In this document: positions 25,401-36,502 of the stretch, one piece after another
How positions within the stretch are numbered: position 1 is the stretch's first letter
How the letters are laid out: every line of letters begins with the position of its first letter
Origin: Podarcis bocagei
Lineage: Eukaryota
DNA length: 64,000 bases
Strand: one strand, 5' to 3'
Assembly: GCA_964188305.1 (NCBI GenBank)
Contig: OZ076890.1
Notes under the pieces: generated by a model
Databases searched by the model: none
Seen by the model: only the letters and a program-made list of their open reading frames with translations
What the model was told of the DNA's origin: nothing
Translations under genes and position numbers: made by a program

Positions 25401-28400
25401 GCTTAGAGCGAAGCATTTGGGTGCCCATGCTAAAATTTCAGACCCATATAAAATAATGCATTATTAAGTCACAAGAACCTGTAGATGAAGAAAGGACACT
25501 AATACCAGTATCACTCTGTCCAAGCTTATAAAGCAGAAATTGCTTTTAAAGAAAAAAAAAGATTTGTTCTTTCTCTAGAATTACATTTCTGTACAATAAG
25601 CAATATCCATACTTACCTTAAAGAATGGATGAGATTGAATTCTGGAAGTTCATGGAGGTGAAAAATTCCAGACGCAAAGCCAGTGACTAGTAGGTGAATT
25701 TTCTTGTGGTAAGCTGCAGCTGTCAAGGTGTTAAAATCACCTTCTTTGTTGAAAAAGTATCTGAGAAAACAATTGAAATATACTACTGACATGCGTTTAA
25801 TGCAGGGCATATTTACCACTCAATTAATTTCATAATACACCAGCAAAAGACCAACGGTACTCTGACATTTTGGAAATGAAGTAAAAACAAGTAAAGAAGG
25901 GTAGCAATCTCTTAAAAATCCAAGCAATGTCCAACCCGCCACTTAAAAAAAAATGCTATAAAAAAAGTCAAAGGAAGAAACAATGTTGTGGTTAACACTG
26001 GATACCACCAGCAGTAGCTTCCACCTGCCCATGCACTGTCAGGCACAGTGGGGACTCGGCAGCAGAGCAATGCCTGCCCCCACCCCCTGGTTAACCAATG
26101 AATCAGGGGATAGAATTGCTCGGTATGGCATTTTTCTGTTCCACCTCTAACATGTCCACTTCAGATCCTGCCACATTGACAGGGGAAGTCTGAGCCTGTT
26201 TCTTATTAACTGGATGCTTGTTAAGACAGTGTTGTCCACCGCAAGGGAAAGTCTAAGTGCTTTCAGTTGAACATGCTTGGAGATTGTGGTGTGGGAGATC
26301 TTCACACTTTAGAAGGTTAGAATGCCATAATCCTAATCAAGAGTCATGCCTGCAGCACATTCATAGTGTGACAATGAGACAGTCTAATGGAACTGTTTTG
26401 TTTTCATATACACTGGCTTTGACTACATGACCAAGCTCCTGGTTGCAACATATTCCTCCTTTTCTCTCTGGAAGATCACTTACTTGGCAGCACATGAGTA
26501 TTTTACTCTCTTTCCCTTCTCTTTTTTCTTATGTGTGCTGGCTTTCCCATGGACCTCTTTGCCCTTCTGTTCTTCCACCAACTCTTCATCTAGGCCTTCT
26601 GCCAATTCTGCCTCGTCTTCAGTTTGATCTTTTGGGGGTCGAACTTTCAAACCATCTAGTTCTGTATCACACTGCCAGACACACAAAGCCCCATCTCTGC
26701 TGACAGTGTACAACTGGAACACCAAAACATAACGGTTAACATCATTGCACAACTGAAATGAGCCTTAAGCAGATGAGCTAAACAAACATGTGATGTCACT
26801 ATGCTCAACTGAGAGTCGAAAGGATACTTAGCTCAAAAGACTGCAATTCTCTAAGAATAAAATGTTCTCTCATGAAACTGTAAAACAGAATCTTGTAAAC
26901 TACTTGACTTACAAGGGAAAAAATGACCACAGTTCAGCGAAAAAGCATCTCCCTTGCAACATAGTCATGCAGATCCCCAATTTAATCCCTCATGTCTCCA
27001 GATAAGAGCTGTGAAAATCTCCTGCCTAAAAGCCTGGAAACTCACTACCAGTCAGTATAGACAAGACTGAGCCTGATAGATTAATAGCTAGATTCAGTAT
27101 GAGCCAGCTTCCTGTGTACCTAATTACAAAGACATTATCTTTCAATTTGAACTTATTTGAGAGAAAGCAAGCTTGGATGTGAGATGTCTAATAAACTGAA
27201 TTTTTAGACCAAATATAAAGCCTTGTTGAGATCCTACTTTATTGTTATCTTACGTTTATTGTACACTTTTGAGCTCCGCTGTATACATACATTCTAAATA
27301 TATACATTAATTAACTGCCAATGTCCAAAATCCGTAACAGGCCCCTTCTGGACTTAGATATATGGGAACATAATATATCTGAGGTGCTGATTGCTGGCTT
27401 ATTTCTGGGCACCCAGGACATCAGTTCTGGGCACTTTTTTTAAAGAACTGCCACTGCCCCCCAGATAAGCAATCTGTAGAAGACCCCTACAGTATGTAAA
27501 CACCTTGAGGAAAGTAGACTATATACAGCCTTTCATTGACTTGTGCCATATAATTATCCAAAAGCAAAGTACACTAACCATAAAAACCAATGCAATATAT
27601 ATAGAAGAGGTACATACATCTAGACTGTTTCCTTCAAAAAAACAGGCAACAATTGCATCCTTATGACCTCCCAATGCATAATAAATCAGATTGGCCCAGC
27701 GCTCTGCTCCAAACACCCACGTTGACATATCTTTGCTTCCTACTGCAAAACATCTAGAATAAAAGAATCGTGGTTAGAACATCTCAAAAACTACATCATA
27801 GTGGATATGTCAACAAGCAGTTTATACTGCTCAACTCTCTATTGAGAGTGAGAGGCTTTGCAAAGATAGCAAGGAATGAAGAGACAGATTTGGATCCAAA
27901 GGTTCACTGCCACTGGAAGGAAATCATGGGATTCCAAACCACAGTTCCCAGTTCCCGCCATCTGAGTGGATAGTCTCTCCAGTTTAAACTGGGAAAAGGC
28001 ATTCGGTCAATCCCTTACTGCTATTGGCCAAAGTGTGTACATGTGGATGTACAAAACAGAGGTAATTGAAATAGATCAGTGGATGCTTAATGATATTAGA
28101 AACCGATTTAAGTAAACTTTTATAGACAGTGAATTCGGAGAAATACATTATATTTATTTGAAAGAGGAGAAAATTAAGGAATCGTTTTTTATATATTTCA
28201 AAAATCATTTTTTAAGGAATGGAATTATTGTATGGAACGATGGAAATGATTGCATTACAAATCTTAAGTTGGATTCAGAGATCCATGAGAGGATTTCTGT
28301 TCAATAAATGGGATGTTTCCAGGTCTAATTCACAGAAGAGTGGGGAAGGCAATTTTCACTGGTCCTTCTCTTCTACAATACTCTGCACATATACACCCCA

Positions 28401-31400
28401 TCTACTCTGGAGGGTTGGGGAACCTCTGGAACAGTGCAAGAAGTGACAGCAGAGAGCTGTAGGAGGAACAGATTTAAAAAAGTGTGTCCCTCTTTCTATT
28501 CAGGGAAACTTGGGCTTGACTGCAGCACCTTCTGTGTAGAGAAAGAATCGTTCCATTTGCAGACAGGTTCTGCTGGACCCAACCCTCTATGTTTACTTTA
28601 ATAAAAATTGTTTATTAACTCAGGAGGTAACAAAATCTCTATTAACGAATGAAAAATGTGGACAATGGAGAATCCTGAAACAATAACCTGAACTTTTAGC
28701 ATTACTGTTACGGGAATTTATGAGGTGAGGCACTGCCTAAATACACTCTCCTAAAAAAGAGCAATGCAAGATTTTCTTTTCTTTTCTTTTCTTTTTGCAA
28801 TGCAAGATTTTCAAAATTATCAGCAGATACAATCAACCCAAGTCGCATTGGCTTTCAATGTATTTGCTCATTTTCTATGTTGCCTTGGTAAACTGCATAT
28901 ATTAAAACTTACTTAGAATCATCTGTCCAATCAATGCATGTTGTTTCGTCATATGCACCATAGTAAGTTGTGTCAAGGACAAACGCATTAAATTCTCGCT
29001 TTTTTCCTGGGGCATGGTACATCAGAGCAACGTTCTCCTTTGTGACCACAAATTTCCTGTTTAACATAATATGAAAAATGAACTTAACATACATAATTAT
29101 TCAGCAGAGAAATAAAAATGAACAAGATAACACCAAGCGCATGTATTCAGATAATGCAGTAGAACTGTGCAAGTTCCCAAGGTTTATACATCTACACACA
29201 TACATAAACATAAGTGAAAGTCTGTATTTACAGCTAGATAGTTATTTGTAATTATTTTGTCACCAGACACTTTTGTACAAGAAGCATATTGATTTTGGGT
29301 GTATAAAGGTAATCCAGTAAAAAGGGTCACGTTTCCTACTGTGTCTATTACTTCCCAACTCCTATGATAAGCAAAATTCATTTCAACAACTGGTACTACT
29401 ATCACTTATACATACAAAAAAAAGAAATAAGCACAAAACCAGGAAGTTTCTCTTACTTTCCATTTGGGGAAAAACAGACACTGTGTACAGGTTTCTGAAA
29501 ATGGAACTGATGGATCACAGATTTACTGATCAAGCTGACAAGTAAGGCAGCTCCCTCTGTTGGAAAAAGAACAAATAGATTGAGCATCATTTATATTCAG
29601 CCCGATTTCAAACTCAAATTTCTAAATGAAATAAAAGAGTCATGTTATTCAAGGGACTATAATAAAAGCAACATTTTTTGCCTTGATTGTAGAACAAAAT
29701 ATATAAAAGATAGTTATACTTAAAATGAATCTAACCGTAACTTATATTTCTGTTAAAAATTTGTGATTCTGATTGAATTCTTTTTTATTATGTTAAAAAT
29801 CTAAAATACCTTCATCAACTAATATAGCAAGATTTCCATCTGGAGAGAGTCCCACACATGTGACATTGTACTGGGTTGCCAGTGGTAATGTTTCAGACTT
29901 GTTACTGGAAGAGAAGAGGGTGAAAGAATCAATAAAACGTCCAAACAGTGACAGAACAGTATGCAAAATGCTAATCTGTTATACACCTCTGCCAGATTTC
30001 CTTTATGTCATCCCACATGTATGAAGGAGAGTGGGAAATAGCTACATCCTTCCCAGTGTGAATGCAGTGTACTATTCATTAGCGCATTTTATAACTTTGA
30101 TAATGGAGCACATTCTTTCACTATAGTGGAACAACAGAAGAGCCCCAGAAACAGACCCAAGTAGCCCTTTTTAACAGTCTGTGTTGTATGCAGAGGCTCA
30201 GTACCTCTAGTGATCATCTACTCTTTGAGAAACTCATTTATAAAGACAATGAAAGAAGATGCATACTTTTTCAAATCAAAGACGGTAATTCTGTTTCCCA
30301 CAGGACTAATCAGAGAGTTCCCATCTGGAGTGAAATTCAGGTTTCCATGTCGGTAGACTGTACCCAGCAAGTTGGAGAACTGAAAAGAGAGAGAAGTGAA
30401 GTGAATGCAGACTTAACTAGTAGTTGGTCTCTAAGGTGCTACTGGACAATTTTTTTTATATAAATACCTATGAAGTTTCAACTAGACAGCATCTTAAAAA
30501 GCAGAGACATCACCTTGCCAACAAAGGTCCATATAGTTAAAGCCATGGTTTTCCCAGTAGTGATGTATGGAAGTGAGAGCTGGACCATAAAGAAGGCTGA
30601 TCGCTGAAGAATTGATGCTTTTGAATTATGGTGCTGGAGGAGACTCTTGAAAGTCCCATGGACTGCAAGAAGAATCAAACCTCTCCATTCTTCAGGAAAT
30701 CAGCCCTGAGTGCTCACTGAAAGGACAGATCCTGAAGCTGAGGCTGCAATACTTTGGCTACCTCATGAGAAGAGAAGACTCCCTGGAAAAGACCCTGATG
30801 CTGGGAAAGATCGAGGGCACAAGGAGAAGGGGACGATGAGCACAGGGAGGATGAGCACAGATGCGTCTATCTGTCAAGTGGGAGGAAAAAACGGGAGTTT
30901 GCAAGGAAAACAGGCAGCTAGGGGATAGAAAAGGTGGTGCAAATGGAAGTCAACATTAATGTTCAATTTCAACGATTTGTGGCATGCTAAGTACCAGAGT
31001 CAGCTAGTTAAGCAACACATAAAGATAGCAAATTTTGTGTGCATTTGCCAGATTATGAGCAAATGCGGATAGTCGGCAGTGGCGGAGGTCGGCAGGACAG
31101 TTCCTGGTTTCCCAGAGGATTACAGCTCGTGTGGAGGGGCTGGACACGCTACTCGAGCAATGTGGCAAAATAACGATTAAAAGGAGTAACAGGAAGGAAA
31201 AAGGAGGACAGGATCACATACCCTCCAACAATTCTCCAGTGAAAACAGGGACATCCTAAGGGAAAGTGGGCCATTCCGAGGTCAAATCAGAAACCTCATC
31301 TAAATCAGGGACGATGGAAGGTCTGGGATCAAGCGGCCGCCCAGAGGCTGGGCCCTCAAGAAACGGGCAGCGACGGGCTCCTCTTGCCAGACCAGGGGCT

Positions 31401-31476
31401 GCCCAAGCTCCGAGACCCCCGGCCAGAAAGGACGAAGCCCCCCGCCCTGCAAGCGAACCTTGTAAGCGAACTTCAT
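13774..31476 (-). CDS. PWP2: PWP2 small subunit processome component (periodic tryptophan protein 2 / UTP1, WD40 repeats); 21 coding exons, ~910 aa
   Basis: Exons (minus strand): 31459-31476 (MKFAYK), 30267-30379 (FSNLLGTVYRHGNLNFTPDGNSLISPVGNR), 29810-29904, 29457-29556, 28913-29056, 27618-27753, 26484-26713, 25617-25760, 25302-25372, 24074-24210, 23413-23561, 22886-23033, 21980-22130, 21084-21264, 19368-19515, 18844-18952, 17822-17887, 16670-16888, 15408-15558, 14881-14955, 13774-13921 (stop TGA at 13774-13776). Total 2733 nt; all introns GT-AG and all phases consistent. Confidence 0.96.
15778..15905. mobile_element. PLE fragments in inverted arrangement (same family as 10690-10818)
   Basis: 15780-15860 is the reverse complement of the 10760-10815 segment; 15868-15905 is the forward copy. 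Confidence 0.65.
15905..15960. repeat. (CA)n(TA)n microsatellite
   Basis: Visible dinucleotide runs. Confidence 0.95.
15961..16412. mobile_element. Penelope-like element pLTR in tail-to-tail inversion, forming a perfect 420-bp palindrome (15961-16380)
   Basis: Arms 15961-16170 and 16171-16380 are reverse complements with centre TTCCT|AGGAA. Each arm carries the CTGAAGA...GAAACGTC hammerhead motif. Flanked by (TA)n on both sides. Confidence 0.8.
16291..16328 (+). ncRNA. Minimal hammerhead ribozyme motif (mirror copy on the minus strand at 16013-16050)
   Basis: GC-CTGAAGA-T-GACGAG(TGAGAC)CTCGTC-GAAA-CGTC^GC: 6-bp stem II and palindromic ACGT, but stem I is only 2 bp. Confidence 0.55.
16413..16465. 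repeat. (AT)n microsatellite
   Basis: Visible run. Confidence 0.95.
19640..20014 (+). mobile_element. Solo LTR (retroviral or LTR-retrotransposon), 375 bp
   Basis: Begins TGTTAGGATAT and ends GTATCCCAACA (inverted termini, 9/11 match). Identical 5-bp flanks TTCTC at 19635-19639 and 20015-20019; AATAAA at 19808-19813. Confidence 0.75.
24518..24690 (+). mobile_element. CR1 LINE 3' fragment
   Basis: TATGAGGAATGGTTGAGGGAGCTGGGTATGTTTAGCCTGGAAAAGAGGAGA matches the CR1 'YEERL.ELG.FSLEKRR' motif. Confidence 0.75.
26929..27120 (+). mobile_element. Degenerate tRNA-derived squamate SINE
   Basis: Similar to 7298-7458 (CCAGTCAGTATAGACAAGACTGAG...CAGTATGAGCCAGCTTCC). Confidence 0.5.
30478..30836 (+). 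mobile_element. RTE-BovB LINE fragment (3' part of the RT ORF, disrupted)
   Basis: Translates as LDSILKSRDITLPTKVHIVKAMVFPVVMYGSESWTIKKAD.*RIDAFELWCWRRLL.VPWTARR...YFG.LMRREDSLEKTLMLGKIEG, the BovB signature. Confidence 0.9.
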
Positions 31477-32090
31477 CCCCGCGCAGATTCCGGCACTCGG
31501 TCGGCGAACACATGGGCAGCACGAGTCGGGCGGAAGAGCCTCTTCGTTTTGCTTCCGGGTTCAGAACATTTCCAGGGCGACCGATCTGCTCTTTCTTTCT
31601 CTCTCTTTCTGCCGGCTCCTGTTGCGTCACTCTGACAGGGAACCGGAAGCTCCCGGGGACTCGCACTCCGCGTTCCGAGCAACATTCCTCCCCTCCGCTG
31701 CCGCCCCAACCCGCGTATAATTTGGGCCCGTGGGGAGCAGCGAGGTGCAGCTCATTTAAAGGCTGCTTTCTTGAGCACTCTTTCTCGAGAGCATGCCTCG
31801 AGTCGTTATTTATTATGATTATTTTTATAAAAAAATACGTTCTTTCCATACAAGCAGAAGGGTGCTTGTTTCCTTACGCTTTTATAGCAGCAGGGCAGCG
31901 GAAGCAAAACCTTCGTTATGGCTGCAAGCTGTAAAAAGTGAGCTTAAAATGCAAAAGCGCACACGTGGCCAGGTTTACTGTTTTCCATCAGGATTGGCAC
32001 GCGGTCTTTTGCTTTTATTTCAACGTGTCAGGAATGTAGCAGCTGTGCGGTGTCATTTTGTGGCTCACAACTTAATGCACGTGGTCATCC
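31320..32090. promoter_or_regulatory. CpG island / promoter of PWP2, with ETS (CCGGAAG) sites and E-boxes
   Basis: CpG-rich around the ATG at 31476. CCGGAAG at 31552-31558 (minus) and 31643-31649; CACGTG at 31962-31967 and 32078-32083. Confidence 0.7.
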
Positions 32091-35000
32091 GAAGGGCATA
32101 AACTACTAAATCCGATGTCTAAAATTATCCAGCTGCCCCACTGGCGAGAGAGCCCAGATTTTGACTGCGGTTGTTTGAGCCAGACTAAGACATCTTGCTG
32201 GCTGAGGCCGAGCAGCAAATAGCACTTTCTCACCCGCAAGCACGACATCTACTACTGGCGAAGTTATTTTGGCATCTGAAACCTTGCCCTTTCCGAAACC
32301 TCACGGAGAACCTCAGCTTCCCTGTCAGTAAAAATACAAGTTTTTAAAAACAATAATAAAAAACCTATCAAATTTCTACCTTTCCGTGACATTCAAAATA
32401 AGCTGCTTTACTCTTGCCTATTAGTAAAGCCCGGAGAGGATAGCATCGCACAGTCATTGCATGGGCACCACAGCCTAATACACCCTCTTCCATAAAGAGA
32501 TGATGTGCTCACATTTTAGCCCTTTTCAATAATACCAATATAGAAGTTGGTCCTGTGCAGAGTGTTGAAATGACTGATACCTACATACATGTTATTTGTA
32601 TGCCGCCTTTCCATAGCTAAAACCATGCTCAAGGTGGCTTAACATTTTAAAAATGTACACAGTATAACAAAAATAGTAATAAAGAATAAATAAGACACAT
32701 CAAAAAGTACACAACTAAAGAGAACAGTTTACACATTAAATCATAAATCTAAAAATATACAAAAAAATTGTAACACAAACAACCCCCCGCCCCTGCCTAA
32801 ATAATACCCCAACCCAATAATGATGAGCTGTGTATCAGATGGAAAACTTTTGTGGATTTCTTGAGAATGGAATCTCAATCCTGGATCAAGTACTGTTTTT
32901 AAAAGGGTGCTCTTGGCACAGGTCAGAGGTAGCTAGCAAGATTTAGTTTATGAATTCCAGATTCCTACCACAGTCTGCTTTTCAATATGAACTAGATCAA
33001 CCACCTTTATACTGTCACTTTTATTTGTAGTGTACAACTAATTTTATCCAAAGTTAAAATGTAAAACTGGAAGAAAAATTATCTTTAAAGTAAATTAGTC
33101 CCCAAATGCTTATTTGGGTTAAAAGTGAATCCCAGGTAAGAAAAGGTTGAAGACTTCTATTTTAAAGAAACTTTCACACCAGTGTGAACTCTACTCCCCT
33201 CCCTGCACATTCCACTCTGCAGTTTTTCCAACAGTAACCATTCACAGTAGGTGGTGCTTCTGGAGAAAATCATTCCTAGATCTGGGAGCTGAAGATCCAT
33301 GTCCAGAGAAACCATTCTGATGTACAATACTTCAACAAGCAGGCATTTAGCAGGTGGCTTTCTCCAAAAAGCATTGCCTTTTGAACCAGGATGTGGTAGT
33401 GCTGCTTTGGTTTGTCACCCAGTTCACAAAAGAGACTCATCATACTGCAAGAGTCAACATCATTTAAAGTAGTTGCCAGAATAAGCTGGTGCCAAGTTTC
33501 ATCTGTAGTGACTCCTTAAACTAGGAACGACAATGTTTGCTTCCCAAAGCTCTGATACATACATAAATGCTACCCCAAATATACCAAGAAACATCAGGAG
33601 AACGTGAGAAGATAAAACTTCCTGGTAGGATTAAAAAAACACAGTGAAGCTAAAGTAGCTGCATGTGATAAGCCTTGTGCACCACCATATAATTATCTTA
33701 AGGTATATTAGTACTCTTGTGGCTCAGCCTGGTCCTGCAAAATCAATTAACTGAGAGCCAACAGATGCTACTAATAGAAAAGCTGCCTGAAAATAACTGA
33801 TCAGCTCAGCTTAGAGCCACTTAATACCTAGAAATCTCAAACCAAGGAACATATAAAGGAAAGCTGAATGTCAGAACTGTAAGCAACTTTTGTTTAAAAT
33901 ATTCAAGATTTTTATTCATTTTCCTACTGGTTGGCTTTTCTCGGGGATTTTATTGACAGTTTATTCCCTAAGTTTCATGGCACCATTAAAATAAGAAACA
34001 AGACTGGGTAATTGTGTTTCTGAATATCCTTTCCCTACAGTTTGCTTTTCTATGTTTAAATCCTCTGTGGAGTATAACAGTCTTACAGAACTACAAGTAG
34101 GAAGTGTCACAAATGTCATTGTTGAACTTTAATTTCCATAGTAGGAGTTAATTTTTCCAGTCACAAATAAACCTGTGAAATTCACAAAAATTATACTCCT
34201 TTAACCCATTTGATAGTATTTACAAGCTTGACAGATATCTATAAATAGCATAATCCTTAATTTTTCAGATACACATATTGCAAATTGATTATTTACATCT
34301 TTACCCAGAAACCAAGCCCCTCTCCATATACACATGTAGTCTCCTGAAGTAGTGATTAGACTATGGTTCTGCTGCATTTTAGTGAAGTCCACCATTTCAA
34401 CGTAAGCATAAAAATGTTACAGTGCTCTAAATCCAAACCAGAGAAAACACATCAACACTAACTGCTAATAAAATCATTTCTTGTGAAAGACCCAAAATCA
34501 AGGTATCAAGTTGTTCACCACATTCGAAATGTACTTTTAACATTCAAGCTGTTGTTCACAAGTATTCAATGTAGAAGGGCCATAACAAGTTTAAATACAT
34601 TTTATCATTTAGATGTGAACATATTAATATTGTGTAGTCTCATTAATTCTTATAACTGAAAGAAGGTACAGAGGCAATTCTGTTGAAAAACGTTTAAGGG
34701 GTTGCATACATTTTTCCCTAACTTAATTAAAGTAAATTAAACACAAAGAGACAGTCAGCCAACCTCCCACTGTAACTTCAAGAAAAGAAGTGTGCAAATA
34801 CAAGTGTATGTTTCTATTTCCAAAAAGAAAACTCAACTTACTTTAACTTTCAAAGCCAAGTGACTGGCAAATTCATGAGAAACACAGGGCTTGCTTTTTG
34901 CTCCCTCTAAAAATAAAACCTCATTTGCTCTTAAGACATGAGAAAAGTAAATCAAGAATTAATAGATACATACAGTGTTGGAACACACATACCACACTTT

Positions 35001-35311
35001 TTCAGAATTCAAATTTGGTTTGCTACTGCCTCCTGCCTCAAAGATATTAAAAACCTATAGAAAGAACCAAGAATTATCAGTGTTCCTACAAAGCTTGTTC
35101 ATACAATGAAGGCTGTTCCCCAAGAGGCTGCATATGTTGCAAGAAGAGAATTATTGTGTAAGCCAGTAACAGGAGTGAACAGCAGCTAGGATTGTAGCCA
35201 CAAGTTTTAAGGAAATGTGGTATGTACAAAAATACACAGTTTGAGAGCTGGAAAAAGTTATATGCACTAGACTTATTTACAAGCTTTGATTTTCACACCA
35301 ATAAAAACACA

Positions 35312-35317
35312 TTTATT
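35312..35317 (-). terminator. Candidate polyadenylation signal of TRAPPC10
   Basis: AATAAA on the minus strand ~1.2 kb past the stop codon, with T/GT-rich sequence downstream. More distal candidates also exist. Confidence 0.35.
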
Positions 35318-36214
35318 TCGTCCTTGATTCCGGGAGCAAATTATACACAGACATTATATCAGTTAAGTTTAGTTTAGATTTTTTTTTAAATAATCATTTG
35401 TACAATAAATTTACAACTGAAAGTAATCAGTTGGAATGGTGTAACTGCAGTTTGCTGGACCAGAAGAGGTTCAATAGTAGGACCTTAAATTTCCTCATAA
35501 GCAGACTGGAAAAGCAGTCAAGTAATCCTTGGTTTTATTTGCTTCTTCTCAGATTACTTTAGAATAAGGTGCAAATATATATATATATAGTTATATGGTT
35601 CTGTAGTCAATAATAAGTTAACAGTAGTTGGGACAGGAGAAACAAATAAACTTTGGTTTTAAAAATATCAAGTGAAATATTGAATAAAAGCTATATAGTG
35701 AGACTCAATATAGTAACCTTAAATAATTTAAATATCAAACTTGGGGGAAAGCTTGTTCAGTGAAACTTTACTTCCAACTTAACCACTTATGTGCCACTTC
35801 ATTACTTGCTTCCTGGTGTGTGTGTGTTTCCCCAGTGAGCGTAAGTAATGGCTCTCTATATGGTACTCATTCAAGAGTTTGAGTGGGCTAATAAGTTTCA
35901 TATGTATCCTAAGGCACAAAAGAAGTTAAGTCCTCAAGAAAATATATACACATATTTAAAATCCTGTTCATAGCTGTAGGATTAAGAATTACTATACAGA
36001 AATTTGGATAGCTATCCTGGTCCAGGAAACCAAACAGTTGTGTGACTAGAAAGGCACACACGTCAGTCATTAACAGCTACACTGCAAGGCTTATTGTATG
36101 TCAACCTGAAATTTTCTTTGAACAGAAATTTAATTACTCCCCCCGGAAAAAATAGCAGTTCTGGAAGCTGCCGAAAATAAAGAGAAAACTGCAGTAAGTA
36201 TCCTTTATTTCACC

Positions 36215-36217
<3 letters not shown>

Positions 36218-36260
<43 letters not shown>
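36218..36260. repeat. (GA)n microsatellite in the TRAPPC10 3'UTR
   Basis: Visible run. Confidence 0.95.
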
Positions 36261-36264
<4 letters not shown>

Positions 36265-36502
36265 CCAAAATTCATTTTACACAAACACCCTAAAATAGCA
36301 ATATAAACTAGCTGACACAAGCATCACTGTACATTTAAATTGATACAATTGTCTGATGCTTCCAGGGCCAGTAAGTGTTGAGTTGCCATAGGCCTCGTTA
36401 GCGTTAGAATGTTTCAAATGAAGAACAATCAGGTTATGATCCCTTAAAGTGCATTCATTTTCAAGTCTCATGTGCATGTCCATGCACATGTACAGAGAGC
36501 TG

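Noticed and set aside
31256-31934. 197- and 222-aa ORFs
   Set aside because: CpG-island artefacts over the PWP2 promoter and first exon.
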